A DNA stretch of 64,000 nt from Octopus sinensis (taxonomy: Eukaryota): the NCBI RefSeq assembly GCF_006345805.1, contig NC_043005.1, positions 42,346,001-42,410,000 on the forward strand. Direction: 5' to 3'. A model generated the notes under the pieces. It ran no database searches, was not told where the DNA came from, and worked only from the letters and a program-made list of their open reading frames with translations. Positions 24,065 through 38,090 of the stretch are shown here, piece after piece (within the stretch, counting starts at the first letter, position 1; each line of letters opens with the position of its first letter). The position numbers and the translations under genes were made by a program.

Positions 24065-24497
24065 TGCTATGTATGTATGTATTATGTATGTATCCACGTT
24101 AGCAGATAGAATATGAGAGTGATATAGGTTTGTGACGGTAAGGAAGGCAGGAATACACGCATATTCAAAAGAAAGTGGTTAGCTGGGGGAAGCGAAGAAG
24201 AATTCCAGGAACTGCAGAAAGGAATAAGAGAGAGGATAAATATTGAACAAAAGAGTTAAGAAGAGAGAAAAGAAAGAATGAGGGAGAAAGAGGAGAGACA
24301 GAGAGGAGAGAGAGAGAGATGTTGAAGAAAGACAGACAAGAGGAATGAAAGAAAGAGAATGACGGAGAGAATGAGAAATTGTGTGCCATTAATGGAGGCT
24401 GTGGAGAGAAATAGCAGTGAGTGAAGTAGGGTCTGGGGTGAGAGGAAAAATAGGAGAAAGGAAGAGAAGGAATAGAGAGAGGATGCTAGCGAGAAGA

Positions 24498-24559
<62 letters not shown>

Positions 24560-25763
24560 CAGAGGTGGGGAAAGAAAAAGAAATGTTGCAGGATATAATG
24601 AAAAGAGAAGAGAATTGGATAAAAGAAAAGTATAAAAATTAGACATTGAAACAGATTGAAGGATTGCAGAGTGTTGTACAGAGGAGAGACTGGAGAGAGA
24701 GGAGAATAACGATGTTGTAGGAAGACTGAGGAAAGAAGGGATGGCGACAAAAACCAGCAGACTGTTGTAATAAAAGCCGTCTGTGCAAGGAATAGCTAAC
24801 AGACATGGCAAGATGAGCAACAATGGAAACTAGTGCGGCAGGTAAAGAGCTTTGATGTATATGGAAGCGAGGAAGAGAGAGCAGGAGATAGAGCGAGTAA
24901 GGGAGAAATTGTGGCAGACGAATTGATGGAAGCGGTGCGGTGTAGGGAATCGAAAGGGTTGGAGCTTATTAAAAAGGAAGGTCAGTGAAAACTGTCTGAG
25001 TGCATCAGAACTGATGTGGAATATGGTTATGCTGAGAAAATAGAAAGCAGTGTATGGAGAACGCCGCAGAATTAGTTAATAGTCGTCAGGAGAAATACAA
25101 AAGAAAATGGCGATGTTGATAGCTGAATTGATGTAATAACATAGAGAATATATAGAACAGCTTGTTTAGAATATGACTGACAAATAAATGTGTATATAAT
25201 CATTGGAAAATAATGAAAATAGTAGGAAAAACGGCAACAATAATATAATAATGTTTTCTTATACTGATATTAATCCTTAGGTATTTAAAGAAGAAGAAAT
25301 AGGATTTTTTAAACTTCATGTCATTTTTCTGAATGTGAGATTGAAATAGAGATAAATTTGTCTTCTTGTTAAGAGATTGACTATTTTATCTAGGAAAGAA
25401 ATGCCATGATTGATGATATACAGTACAGCAGAATGATCAAATATTAACTGTTGTTTAAGGTGTTTTCTGAATGAATCCATCATCAAAATCGAAAGGGACA
25501 TACTCGCATGTCATGATTATTGTCTCAGTTCACGTCCCTTATTAAACTCTTACCGATGCGGTTCCTAAAAAGAGGGCGACACCTGATGCTATGACGACAG
25601 TCCTGGATACATTTAGTAGACTTCAATCATGCACACTCGTTCATACACACACACACCACATACACACTAGTTCGTACTAATCCCTAAAATTATTCTTGCT
25701 CTTCCCTTCACTCCAATATCTTCCACTACTCCTTCAACAGCCCTTTGTCTTTTTGTCTGCCTC

Positions 25764-25873
25764 TATCTCTCCCCCTCTTCCCCTCTCTCTTTTCCCCTCT
25801 TCCCCTCTCTCTTTTCCCCTCTTCCCTCTCTCTCTCCCTCTTCCCTTCTCTCTACCCCTCTCCCCCTCTTTTT
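25764..25873. repeat. Polypyrimidine/polypurine tract with short internal repeats
   Basis: About 110 nt almost entirely C/T on the plus strand. Confidence 0.85.
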
Positions 25874-26315
25874 CTGTTATTCTCCTCGCTGTGAACCTCT
25901 CACAACATTGGATCTATTCCATTTATTGTGGTGGGTTTCTTTCGATGTGCGAACTACGAGATGAACCAAACCACTGCTGCGGCCCCTAAAATCTCCCCAG
26001 TAGGTTTTATAAGTGAATGGTAAATTGAATAGTAAAGCAATAATGCAGGTTTTGAGCGGGCTCTGCAGTCCTATTATCGGCAAGGCAGCCTCTGTATTGC
26101 TGGTGCTATGAAAAAATGTGCACCAGTAAACACAATAAATTGGACTAAAACTTTGGCCTCTGCGAATCATCTATCTCATGCAAATATGGAAAACAGACAT
26201 ATATGATAATGATCATAATGTATGTATGTATGTATGTATGTATGTATGTATGAACATATATAATTATGTACGTAAATATATGTGTGTGTAGATATACACA
26301 TATACATATATACAA

Positions 26316-26358
<43 letters not shown>

Positions 26359-26366
26359 AAATATAT

Positions 26367-26596
26367 GGTGGCGAGCTAGCAGAAACGTTAGCGCGCCGGG
26401 CGAAATGCTAAGCGGTATTTCGTCTGTCGTTACGTTCTGAGTTCAAATTCCGCCGAGGTCGACTTTGCCTTTCATCCTCTCGGGGTCGATAAATAAAGTA
26501 CCAGTTTCGCACTGGGTTGATGTAATCGACTTAATCCCTTTGTCTGTCTTTGTTTGTCCCCTCTATGTTTAGCCCCTTGTGGGTAGTAAAGAAATA
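26367..26596 (+). mobile_element. Full-length SINE-B (tail 1)
   Basis: Head to GGGTAGTAAAGAAATA; possible TSD TATATAAAATATAT (26353-26366 / 26603-26616). Confidence 0.9.
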
Positions 26597-27959
26597 TATA
26601 TTTATATAAAATATATGTGTGTGTGTGTGCATAGATATGTACGTAAATATGTGTGTATATATATGTGAGTGTGTGTGTCTGTGTAAATAAATAACAATAG
26701 ATGGATAATATGTCATTTCACTGCAGCTGTTTCCAACGAATTTTTAATGGATAATGGAAACATTATATTCGTAGAAAAAGTCATTTTCATGAGGTGAATA
26801 CATGAACCACAACATTCAAAAACATTCAAAAGACAACGGGATGGGTATCTTCATGATTCTATGACTTTTGCTGGTCCTACTCCTGGCGTAGATCCGAAAT
26901 ATATTACGGACCGTACGTTTAGTGCAATGTGTGTCTCCTGATTAGCCTTAGGGCTATTGATATACCAAATCAGTTACAATTAATCGTATACATAACCTGA
27001 ACATCTTTCTGCCTCTACTTCAGTACCTGCATATATATTCCTCTATTTTTGTTGTGTATACATTTTACTTTTCGATCCGGCTCAGTGGCTTACCATTTAA
27101 ATGCCTGATACACTTGAATCCTGATCCACACACGTACGTATGTATGTATGTATGTATGTATGTATGTATGTATGTATGTATGTATGTATGTATGTATGTA
27201 TGTATGTGAGTGTGTATGTATGTATGTATGTATGTATGTATGTATGAATAGATTGATGGATGGATGGATTCATACGTATATTTATGTACATATCTTTGAA
27301 AATACCAGTTATTTTGAAAATTATCTACCGGAATTCTTTATTTTCTAAAGTATTTGCTTATTGAGATGGTGTAAAAGTTCACATAGGTAGCATTAAAGGT
27401 GCAATCTGAAGAAACATCTTTGAAAGCTGTATTCTTACATCTTGTACTTCGTGAGTTTTTTTTCTATTACTTTTCACTTCACGTGAAGAAGTAAACAATC
27501 TTAACTATGGAATAAAATAGAACACATTATTTAAGTTTTTTAATAAATCTAAATATGATTATTTGAAATAAACAAATAAATAAATAAACTACAAGATTGT
27601 TAGAAGTTTTAAGAGGACCATAAAATACATAATATATTTTGAAATTGTTGTTTTCCTGTCTCGAGATGCTATGAAGTTCATATAAATTGAATTGAAGGTG
27701 CAGTTGTAGGAGTAAACCATATCGATTGTTAAACACTTGTTATCTCTTGTATATTGAGAGTTGTCTATTATTTCTATCTTCATATCAGGTATTAGCAATT
27801 CCTTTCTCCCAAATATTACCACTAATCTCATTTCTCTCTCACTCTTCTTCTCTCTCTTTTCAATTTTCCCTACAATTAACCGCGTGACTGCGTAACACTT
27901 TTGTCCTTAGCGTACTTTCATACATATTTTAAAAATAAAAGCAAGAAAACATGCATACT

Positions 27960-28450
27960 AACATAGATATGCAATAACAAAGAACATGCCTCCTGGAAAC
28001 TACAGCCTTTGAAACCACAACAAATTAGGCATAACTTGGAATTCTTGGCACAAACATATCCCCACTTGCCGCATAACCTGTCTGTATTGCTGCTTCGGTC
28101 AAATGTGATCTTAGTAGTTTGTCTATGAACCAGGTGTCAAGTTCTTACTAAAGGTAACTGAAGACCTTGTAATGTGGCGTACGATGTAGACCCAGGCTGT
28201 TAAGAAAATCGATGGGGCAGTTCACAGTGATTCATGATCTACAAAAATGTTCACAGACTTGTAAACGAATTCATATCAGTGCAATTGTTGAGTAACTCGT
28301 TCAGTAATCATCTCAGAAGTCCTATGGATTGGAGCAAATATTGACTTTTCATAGAGCCATTTATGATCAGGTTCAACAACAGATTGAATGCATTGTTTTC
28401 CCTCCAGATATTGATGTGGGAGTAAGAACTGAAGATGCAATTGTCACAGT
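27960..28450 (-). mobile_element. Helitron PIF1-like helicase pseudogene fragment, copy A
   Basis: Broken frames DHKWLYEKSIFAP, YEFVYKSVNIF, PIDFLNSLG, TEAAIQTGYAASGDMFVPRIP and WFQRL*FP match the Helitron helicase C-terminal motifs (WL.ERAILAP, EFLNSL, EATILTG..VFIPRI, FKRLQFP). Confidence 0.8.
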
Positions 28451-28469
28451 CACTTTCCTGTTTCCTTGG

Positions 28470-29240
28470 TTCAACCACTAAATTTATCAGAAAGATTTTT
28501 CTTGCTCAGTCAGTTGCATCGAGAAAGAAAATTGGCCCCACCTTTTTTTTTTGTTGTTCTGAACATGTTTATAAATTGTAATCGAGCCTGCACAACCTAT
28601 CAGTATCGTTGCTTCAGATGTGACACTAGTAGCTTGTATATCAATCATGTGCCAAGTACTTACCAAAGATAATCTTCTAATATCGCACAGGACGTGACTC
28701 CAGGCTGTTGAGAAAATCGATGAGTAGTTCACAATATCTTTGTGATCTAAAAATGTTCACGGACTTGTAAACAAGTTCATACCGATGCAATTTGTTGACT
28801 AATTCGTTCAGTTCTCATATCAAAAATCTTATGGATTGGAGCAAGTATTGATCATTCATCGAGCGATTTGAGTTTGTGGGAATTATCGTTAACATTGAGT
28901 CTCAAAATGCCGACATCATTACTGCTGTTCAATACTCTGTCAACACTGTAATGGCAGTAAGACCTGACATGGACAACTGGAAAGGAGACTGCGAAGCCAT
29001 CACTAGCAGGAAGGGGTACAGCAGGTGTTATAGTTCCGTTTATCAATAGATAATGTCAATTCGCAAATATCAGCCATACACACGTCTCCCATTTTGACCA
29101 GGTAAAACCACAACTCGTTCTTCAAGCTTGAAAATCTTGCGGTAAACTCAGCAGTGTGTTAATATTTCCTTACGGCAAGTTCTCATGTTTGTTTACATTT
29201 CAAGCTTCTTTTTTAATATGCCTCTAAAAGTATGGCGATT
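28470..29240 (-). mobile_element. Helitron helicase pseudogene fragment, copy B (interrupted at about 28915-29035)
   Basis: KLEM*TNMR, ELTLSID, SILAP, ELNELVNKLHRYELVYKSVNIF, IDFLNSLES, EATILIGCAG. Confidence 0.75.
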
Positions 29241-29702
29241 TTCCATAGCTTCTGACTTAATCTAATTTCGTAATCTGATAAAAGTATCTCAGCCTGCTGT
29301 TATTCCACCGAAAAGAGCATTTGATATCCTTTAAATTGAATTTAAGGCAACTTTTATAGAATATAGAGCACTCATACCAATTTTGCACACACAGAGACAC
29401 GCACTTACACATACACGCACTTACACACAGACACGTGCGCATGTATACTCGCACTCGTGTATACAGCTTTCTCGACAATGTGCACCTACAGGCGAACAAA
29501 CTCGGAAAAATTGTTTCATCTGTTTTTTACCTTTCTTACTACTAATTTTCCTTCGTCTTCTTTCTAACTCTGCCTTTCAGCTATCACTCATGTTCCCTAC
29601 AGAATCATCTATCTGTGATTATCTGTCTGTCTGTCTCTCCATAGCGTTAGCATTAATTAACCCCAAATCACAGTCATAAAATTTTTCACACAGACTATTA
29701 TG

Positions 29703-29765
<63 letters not shown>

Positions 29766-29775
29766 GATATACATC

Positions 29776-31011
29776 TTAGGTTGTCACACATGAAATATCG
29801 TATTTGAAAGATAACAATGTTTCAGAAGTGCTGAGAACTGATTTATTTAATCAAAGTATGATCCATGTTCATTTACGACCTTTACCCAACGTTTTTCTAA
29901 GTCATATATTCCATCTTAAAAAAAAAGAATTCATCTTTTGCTGTGATAAACTGTCCGAATGCCTCAATTACCTGGCAATACGATGTTGCTGTTACCGTTT
30001 TTCCTAGTTGCAAAAATGAATAATGAATAATCCCCTTCGCAAACCACCCTAAAGTTACCACCAACTTTTTAGGGTGCAATGGTGGTTTAGGATAGTGTTC
30101 AGGTGGCTCTCCTGCATCTAATCACTGTCCTGTTCTCCTGCTGTTGTCAAAGAGTATCCATTTCTCATCACATGTAATGATTCGATGCAAAAATGGTTCT
30201 TTTTCCAACCGAGAAAGCAATGAGAAACACACTTCGGGGCACCTAATTTTTTTAAAAATCTCGTTCAGTTGTGGAACAAACCTATCTATTTTGTTGACTT
30301 TTCCAATTTTTTTCAAGTGTTGAGCAACAGCTGTGCGGGATGTTTGGAGTTCTGATGAAAGTTACCGTTGTTTTCGGATTTTGTTCAACCAAAGGATTTA
30401 ATCCATCATGCCAAGGAACTGATTTTGGCCTCCCTCTTGGTTCATTTTCGAGGCTATCATCTCCTGAACGAGATCTTTAGAACCATCTCTGAACAGTTCT
30501 GATGTCAACAAAACCATTACCAAAGTCCCGCTTAGTATTCCTATTTCTTTATTACCCACAAGGGGCTAAACATAGAGGGGACAAACAAGGACAGACATAG
30601 GTATTAAGTCGATTATATCGACCCCAGTTCGTAACTGGTACTTAATTTATCGACCCCGAAAGGATGAAAGGCAAAGTCGACCTCGGCGGAATTTGAACTC
30701 ACAACGTAACGGCAGACGAAATACGGCTACGCATTTCGCCCGGCGTGCTAACGTTTCTGCCAGCTCGCCACCCTTTTAGTATTCCGTAGAGCTTCTGCGA
30801 CAGAGTGACCCAGTTTGAACTCATACAAAAAATCACTCAACATGTTTGCTTGTTAACATTTTCATAAGTTCTGTGGGTACGAATTTTACATACTAATATT
30901 GTTTGAAATGAAAAAGAGTCAAGATTAAATGCAAGGTATATGTAATTGAGTTTTTAAATGACTGAAATAATAAGTAATAAAAAATGCGACATTTCATGTG
31001 TGATAACCTAA
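29776..31011 (-). mobile_element. Mariner transposon (cecropia/Hsmar1-like), internally deleted and SINE-interrupted
   Basis: TIRs TTAGGTT(G/A)TCACACATGAAAT at both ends; peptides AEALRNTKRDFG..RTVQRWF, FLHRIITCDEKWILFDN, HPKKLVVTLGW..GIIHY; second and third catalytic D region missing. Confidence 0.88.
30542..30775 (-). mobile_element. SINE-B inserted in mariner transposase
   Basis: Full head and tail 1; 10-bp TSD TTAGTATTCC at 30532-30541 and 30776-30785. Confidence 0.92.
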
Positions 31012-31154
31012 TATGTATGTATGTATGTATGTATATTATTTGTGGGCTAAAAAAGCAACTGATGGTTTCGTATAAAAAGAGATTTATTTTCATGAAAGCA
31101 TGGTTAATATTGTTAACACGCAAATAAAAAAAATTGTCCACCTGTGTGGTGTAT

Positions 31155-31182
<28 letters not shown>

Positions 31183-31185
<3 letters not shown>

Positions 31186-31266
31186 GGCATATACGTAGCT
31201 GTGTAGTAAAGAGCTTGCTTCCCAACCACGCGGTCCCAGTTTCAGTTCCACTGCGTGAGAGCATCG
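31183..31266 (+). mobile_element. SINE-A head fragment
   Basis: GTAGCTGTGTAGTAAAGAGCTTGCTTCCCAACCAC..TTTCAGTTCCACTGCGTG. Confidence 0.7.
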
Positions 31267-31445
31267 GCAGGCAGAGTGTTGGTTCTTTTCTCAACTGCAC
31301 CCTACACATAATAATCCATGGGATCACATTCGGTGAGAATTAGGAGGCCAGAAATTGGGGCTGCTCAAGTCATATAAATACTCTGGCAACCTCTTCTGAT
31401 TTTTTCCGGGGGTATTGCAAGCACCCACATCCTGATAACACCAAA
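31267..31445 (-). mobile_element. maT/DD37D-like transposase fragment, copy 1
   Basis: YQDVGACNTPGKNQKRLPEYLYDLSSPNFWPPNS..PMDYYV*GAVEKRTN. Confidence 0.7.
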
Positions 31446-31488
31446 GTCTTGTGAGAGAATTTGGTTGAAGGAAACTAAATATAGCAAG

Positions 31489-31545
<57 letters not shown>

Positions 31546-32419
31546 GGTGGATTCTTTTGTGAACGACAAGTGAGGGTTCAGGGAAATAAAGCGTTAATCA
31601 TGTCCTATGGACATGAATGTGTCTCTTCAGGACTTTGATGCCTTGTAAACCTTTTGGCAAGTGGAACAAGCCGAGGACTCAGTTTGCTTGAGTGTATATA
31701 TATATATATATTATATATATATATATATATATACATGTACTAATATAAATATATCATATAATATCCACCATCATCAGGTTAAATCTTACTTTTAAACTTT
31801 TACCTTAAATGATGGATGGTACATTATGATGAAACCTTTTATGACTCCATTAAATAATAAAATTCCAATAAAAATATATATGCATGTGCGTTTAAATATA
31901 TATGTACATATATGTGAGTGTATAGATATATGTTTGCACGCAGATATTACTTGGAGTATGTATAGTGTAGAAAGTTCCGTAGTTATTTATACGAAAGCAT
32001 TTAACTGTAGAGATTGACGACGGTTAAACCATCGTCAATGTGGACGATTTAAAAAACCTCTCAATTTTTGTAACAGATTTGTTTCAGAACTGATTGTCTC
32101 CTAACTAAAGAATACTCTTTCGTTATCCTTCAGTTACACAGAGAACTAGTGAATTATTTTGCAATACATAGCAAGACATAGCATGGATTTCTTGATTTGC
32201 ATGTGATACATTAGTCAGTTATGTAACAAATTAAACAGTATGCGTGTGTGTGGTGTGGTGTGGTGTGGTGTGGTGTGGTGGTGGTGGTGGTGGTGGTGTG
32301 TGTGTGTGTGTGTGTGTAGATATGTGTTAAATTTGATAGTTTGCATAAAAATAAAATAGGACAAAATATCTCACTGAATAATAAATTATTTTAAAAAAAT
32401 GTTTGATATCAACTAGATT

Positions 32420-32810
32420 ATGGATAGGAGATAACAGTTTACTTAAAGATGACACCCTCAGCATCTACCATGACCTCAAGATGACACCAGTAGCAGGTGT
32501 ATGTGTTCCTCACTGTATCCCTGAGACTATCTTAGAACACCTCCTTTATCTTGGACACCAGCACAGTCTAGGCCTTGCAGGCAGAGTGTTGGTTCTTTTC
32601 TCAACTGCACCCCACTCATAATAATCCATGGGATTACATTCCGTAGGATTTAGGAGGCCAGAAATTGGGACTAGTCAAGTCGTATAAATACTCTGGCAAC
32701 ATCTTCTGACTTTTTCCGGAGGCATTGCAAGGACCCAAATCCTGCTGCTGCACATATGGCCTTCCAACAGCAACCCTCTGCAGCCAGTGGTTGGACGATT
32801 TCCGGCGTGC
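32420..32810 (-). mobile_element. maT/DD37D-like transposase C-terminal fragment, copy 2
   Basis: WLQRVAVGRPYVQQQDLGPC..FWPPKS..CNPMDYYEWGAVEKRTN..LEVMVDAEGVIFK*; IS630-Tc1-mariner catalytic D motifs. The subfamily call is inference. Confidence 0.75.
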
Positions 32811-33798
32811 AGACGTAGTCAGAACACCTGCTGTGTCCCTTCCTGCTGGCAATGGCTTCCTAGTCTCCAGTGCAGCTGTCCATGCCCTGTCTTGCAGCCT
32901 TTACAGTTGTCATATGGCTTTGAGCCCTAACTTTTTCTCACGAACAACTTTAATCATTGGGCTTTCCAACGACAATGACAGTTCACCAACACATACATAC
33001 ATAATACATACATACACAATATATACACACATACATACATAATACATACATACATACATACATACATACATACATACATACATACATACATACATACACA
33101 CGTATGTGTGTGTTTGTGTGTGTTTGTGTGTGTGTGATACATATCTTCACTCAGCTGATCGAGTGCTTTTTCTATTTGCTGAAACCTTTCCACGTCATGT
33201 ATGTGTGTTTGTGTACACACACACACACAGAGACACACACATGCGCACATATATAGAAAAAAGAAAAGTTTCAAGAAAAATTATAAAGCAAGTAAAAGTT
33301 TACCAGAGAAAGAAACCATAAGTATCTCGTATACGATTAATATACTGAGACATGTGAATGTGGCAAAAACCTCACAATGTGTACAGGGAAACAAATAAAG
33401 GAGACGAAACATACAGAAGATGTTTGAATTGAAAAAACATATTGATAAGCTCGCACAATTGTAAGGTGAGAAAATTATGTGGACAAACTACAGCTAATGT
33501 GTGTATGGAAAGAAAAACATGTTAACAAACGACACAGAAAAATGTAAAAATGGAGAAAAAACCAAGTTTAAAATAGGGATTGGACATAAATATTATGTGC
33601 ACAAATAACAAATACGAGGTATGGTTAGGAAAACGTACTGTTGAACAAGAACCAACTTGTATTTGAATATGAATAAAAGTTTACCGAAATACAAAGTTAA
33701 AGAAGAAATATGTACTCTGAGATCCACATTAATTTCTGTATGTTGGTGATCAAAATACAACGTCAACCGTTCATTTCAAAGTTGTTAGAATTAGTATC

Positions 33799-34033
33799 TA
33801 TTTCTTTAATACCCACAAGGGGCTAAACACAGAGAGGACAAACGAGAACAGACAAGCGGATTAAGTCGGTTATATCGACCCCAGTGCGTAATTGGTACTT
33901 AATTTATCGACCTCGAAAGGATGGATGAAAAGCAAAGTCGACCTCGGCGGAATTTGAACTCAGAACGTAACGGCAGATGAAATACGGCTACGCATTTCGC
34001 CCGGCGTGCTAACGTTTCTGCCAGCTCGCCTCC
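33799..34033 (-). mobile_element. Full-length SINE-B (tail 1)
   Basis: Degenerate 24-bp TSD TTCAAAGT(T/A)GTT(A/C)GAATTAGTA(T/C)C at 33775-33798 and 34034-34057. Confidence 0.9.
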
Positions 34034-34435
34034 TTCAAAGTAGTTCGAATTAGTACCAGGGTTATAATTAATCGATTCGTTCCATTATACTCCTTGATAT
34101 ACCCGTATGTAAATATATATTTAAGTGCTCTGTTTCCGAAGAAATTATATTTTTGAGAGCATAGAGAAGAGGTAAGCTGTTTCCGAAAAGATATATTGTG
34201 ATTTTATTCTCTTTCGAAAATATTTCACTTCATTGACGCTATAAATGACATTTTATACATGGAAGGAGGTGACCTGGCGTTGTTGTTTGGACGCCGGCAA
34301 CTAATCGCAGTTGACTTGATTGAACCAGTTTTGGTGATTTCTAGTACATTTTGGCACTAGAAGCAAACACACCAGACGCACGCATGCGCGCTGAGAAATA
34401 TGCACAATTATATAGATACACAGAAAGAAAGAAAG

Positions 34436-34670
<235 letters not shown>

Positions 34671-35425
34671 TGGATAGTACAATTAGCAAATTAGCCAGTT
34701 AAAAAATCTGTATAAGAGATAAAAGCAGTAACTATACCGACCAGTAATGTCTGTCACCACTTAATCATGGCTGTTCTGTAGAAACCTGCGAGAGATATCA
34801 GTAGTTCACTCCAAGCTCGCGATATATAGAAAATGACACACAGTTACTGATTTAGCAACAATCAAATTAACTAGTTAGAGGACGAGTATCTATTACTGAG
34901 GATGGTCACAAAGATGTCGAATACGTACGTTATGGTGGTCTCTTCCCTGCTTGCAATATAAATCGGGTACAGATTGCATCGAATAACCAGCTGGAGGAAG
35001 CAGCCTCCTGGGGTTAAAATGGCAGTAACGTCGGTTCCTACAGAACAGCAATCGACATGATCATTTTCACAAGCCATCTTATACATAAAGTGAAGCAGAA
35101 AGTTAATTGAAGTTTAGAATTCCATTAGTTTACTTTGTGTTATAAAAAATTGTGACCTAAAACATCAAGGTAGCGGGTAAAAAGGTTTATGATGTTGAAT
35201 AAACAAGAAATATGCAGGGCCAAAAATGGCTGTGCAAAAACGTCGCATAGTCTTTTATAAGGCTCAAACTTCACTCTTCTCTTTACCAAATCCCCTAAAA
35301 TATACGACTTCGTGGTAAAAGAACGTCAGTGAAACTGTCTGGAAGTTAAAACTCTAATCATATAAAATTTGACAGTGCTTGTTTCCTCGCCGGTGTGGAG
35401 AAAATAGGTATAAGTAAAAAGAATA

Positions 35426-35500
35426 TTACTTTCTTTATTGCCCATAAAGGGCCAACATAGAGGGGACAAGATAAAACATGTGGGATGTAAAACATATAAA
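35426..35500 (-). mobile_element. 75-bp retroposed 3' end sharing the SINE-B tail 1
   Basis: Perfect 20-bp TSD AGGTATAAGTAAAAAGAATA at 35406-35425 and 35501-35520. Confidence 0.8.
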
Positions 35501-36078
35501 AGGTATAAGTAAAAAGAATAGTGTAGAGGCATTCGTCTATACCTCTTTACTTTCGAATATTGTACAAATGTAAGAAATAATCTTAAAAAAACGTGGTTTG
35601 GAAAGCAAATCTGAATATTAGCAATTGCTTCTAGAATTAGGCAAATAATGGCCTGTTGATGGAGAAACAGGCGTGGGAGAAAAGCAAAAACGAGAAAAAG
35701 CAAGCAGTAAAAGAGAAGAGAGAAATTACATTAGGAAACGAAAAAGAAAAATGGATAAATGTTTTAAAAAAGAAAAAAAGAAGGTCTTAGATGATTGCAC
35801 GGGCCAATAGACTCAACTGATACATTAGGAAAGAGGGAGATACAAAACTGAAAAGCAGCGAAATAAATGAGGGTTTAGACAGACAGACAGACAGGTAAAC
35901 AGACAGACGGTCGGGTAGATAGTTAGATAGGTTGATAGATAGGTAGGTAGGTAGGTAGGTAGGTAGGTAGACAAAAAGTTTGATTGACTGGTAGATAAAC
36001 AGATTGACGCACAGATGCCTAAACGCGTAAGAGGGCGTAAAAACACATTCAATGAGGAAAACATTAGTTGATGGTTCA

Positions 36079-36111
<33 letters not shown>

Positions 36112-36558
36112 GTTAATTATTTCAACATAGACGAACATGTTTCGGACAATTTAAGTTCCTCACAGGAGCATTCGCTTCACTATATTTGGTGGGAAAATGA
36201 TGAACGAATCAACAAATTAGTGTACAATATTGTACAACAATTGGCACAGAGAAATTGGCAGATTCTAGAGTTGTCGTGGGCAAACTGCGGAAATATCTAA
36301 ATGGAACGCTTCCGAAAAATTACCACCAATATATTTGGTTGTGCGGCCCACCTGATGCTGAGCTACGTCTTATGCGAGCCGCTTCGGAAAAAGGGTGACA
36401 ATGCTTGTTTTGGGGTATATATTGATTATAGAAATTACTTAGAGACGCCCTCCCACGAAATAAATAAATAATAAATAAACACATTTAGTTACACTGTTGT
36501 TAACAAATTTGATGTAGCAAGTATTAAGATACTAACCAGAAATAATTAAGAAGCTACA

Positions 36559-36791
36559 GGGCGGCGAGCTGGCAGAAGCGTTAGCACGCCGGGCGAAATA
36601 CGTAGCCGTATTTGGTCTGCCGTTACGTTCTGAGTTCAAATTCCGCCGAGGTCGACTTTGCTTTTCATCCTTTCGGGGTCGATAAATTAAGTACCAGTTA
36701 TGCACTGGGGTCGATGTAATCGACTTAATCCATTTGTCTGTCCTTGTTTGTTCCCCTCTATGTTTAGCCCCTTGTGGGTAATAAAGAAAAC
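36559..36791 (+). mobile_element. Full-length SINE-B (tail 1)
   Basis: Perfect 19-bp TSD AAATAATTAAGAAGCTACA at 36540-36558 and 36792-36810. Confidence 0.93.
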
Positions 36792-38050
36792 AAATAATTA
36801 AGAAGCTACAAAAAAATTTTTTAGATGGGCCGATTTGCGAATACGCATTTGTTTAAATAGATGGACATGTAAACATATGTAGAAGTGCGTGTAGAAACAG
36901 GCAGGAAAGCAGACAAACATGGAGATACACGGATAGAAATAAAAAATAAAATAACATAGACAAGTAATCAGAAAGATAATCCAGCAAAGATTTAGGTTGA
37001 ACGTTAAGTAAAAAAAAGATAGACTAACAAGAAGATATAGTCGAAGTCAAACACAGGCTATTTGGCTGAACAAACTGAGAAAATTTAATCGCACACACAC
37101 TTACATATAGATGTGTGTGTATAATATACGTGTGTGTGCATGTATGTACATATGTATGTATTTATGTATACATGTGTGTATGTAGATAGATAGATAGATA
37201 GATAGATAGAAATGTAGTCGGTTGCTGGAGGAAGATGTTAGTGTACTAGCTTAGTTTGAAGTATGGTGGAGAAACTAGAAAATCAACAATGAAACTGACA
37301 AAATAATTGATGGAGTTGATTACGAAGGGTTATTAGATCAAAGCAGAATCATACAGTTTCAGACTTTTGCTAGGTCCACCTCCAGACTTGATTCTAATCA
37401 TTTTCTTTCTAAAAGCTAATGATGTGGACATAGACCACTCCAATATTCTTTGCTCCTTTTGCCTCTCAGTCGTCATTCAGACATTCTTCAAATTCTTTAA
37501 TATTGTTCGCCTTTTAAAACTTTTACAGACGCATTCAACTCTTATTAATATAGTCTTCACAAGTCAAGGAGAGAGAAAGAAATAAAGCGATAGAGAGAGA
37601 GAGAGAGAGAGGAAAAGAAAGAGAGGTGGGGAGAAGAGGCGGGAAGAATGAGAGGGAGAGAGAGAACGATAATGAACAATCAAAGACTTTACAGTAGAAC
37701 AGAAGTTCAGGCTATCAGCTTTCATAATCAGCTCGTTGGAGAAATATATTTTCTCATCATTCATTATTTAGTCGAGTTCTTCAGTAGGGTCTTTCTGGCT
37801 TCGCACACCTCCTTCATTAACGTTTAGTAAATAGGATACATTGAAGACAAGAGCTGGAATATTGGCTGGATATCATCAAAATATAGCTTTGTGTTTTAGG
37901 TGTTCTTTAAAATATTGTAATGGAGTTATTATTCATTTGTTGTAGAATATTTTATATGGTGTGGAGCGGTAAAAAAAAGTTTTCAGAAACTTGAATGCTT
38001 GTGTAGCGTTGAAGCGTTATATAGATGGGGTCGGAAAAGGATGAAGAGCT

Positions 38051-38090
<40 letters not shown>

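Noticed and set aside
24100-25250. Purine-rich region possibly representing a decayed LINE on the minus strand
   Set aside because: Only a TDGF-like hint; no motif chain could be followed.
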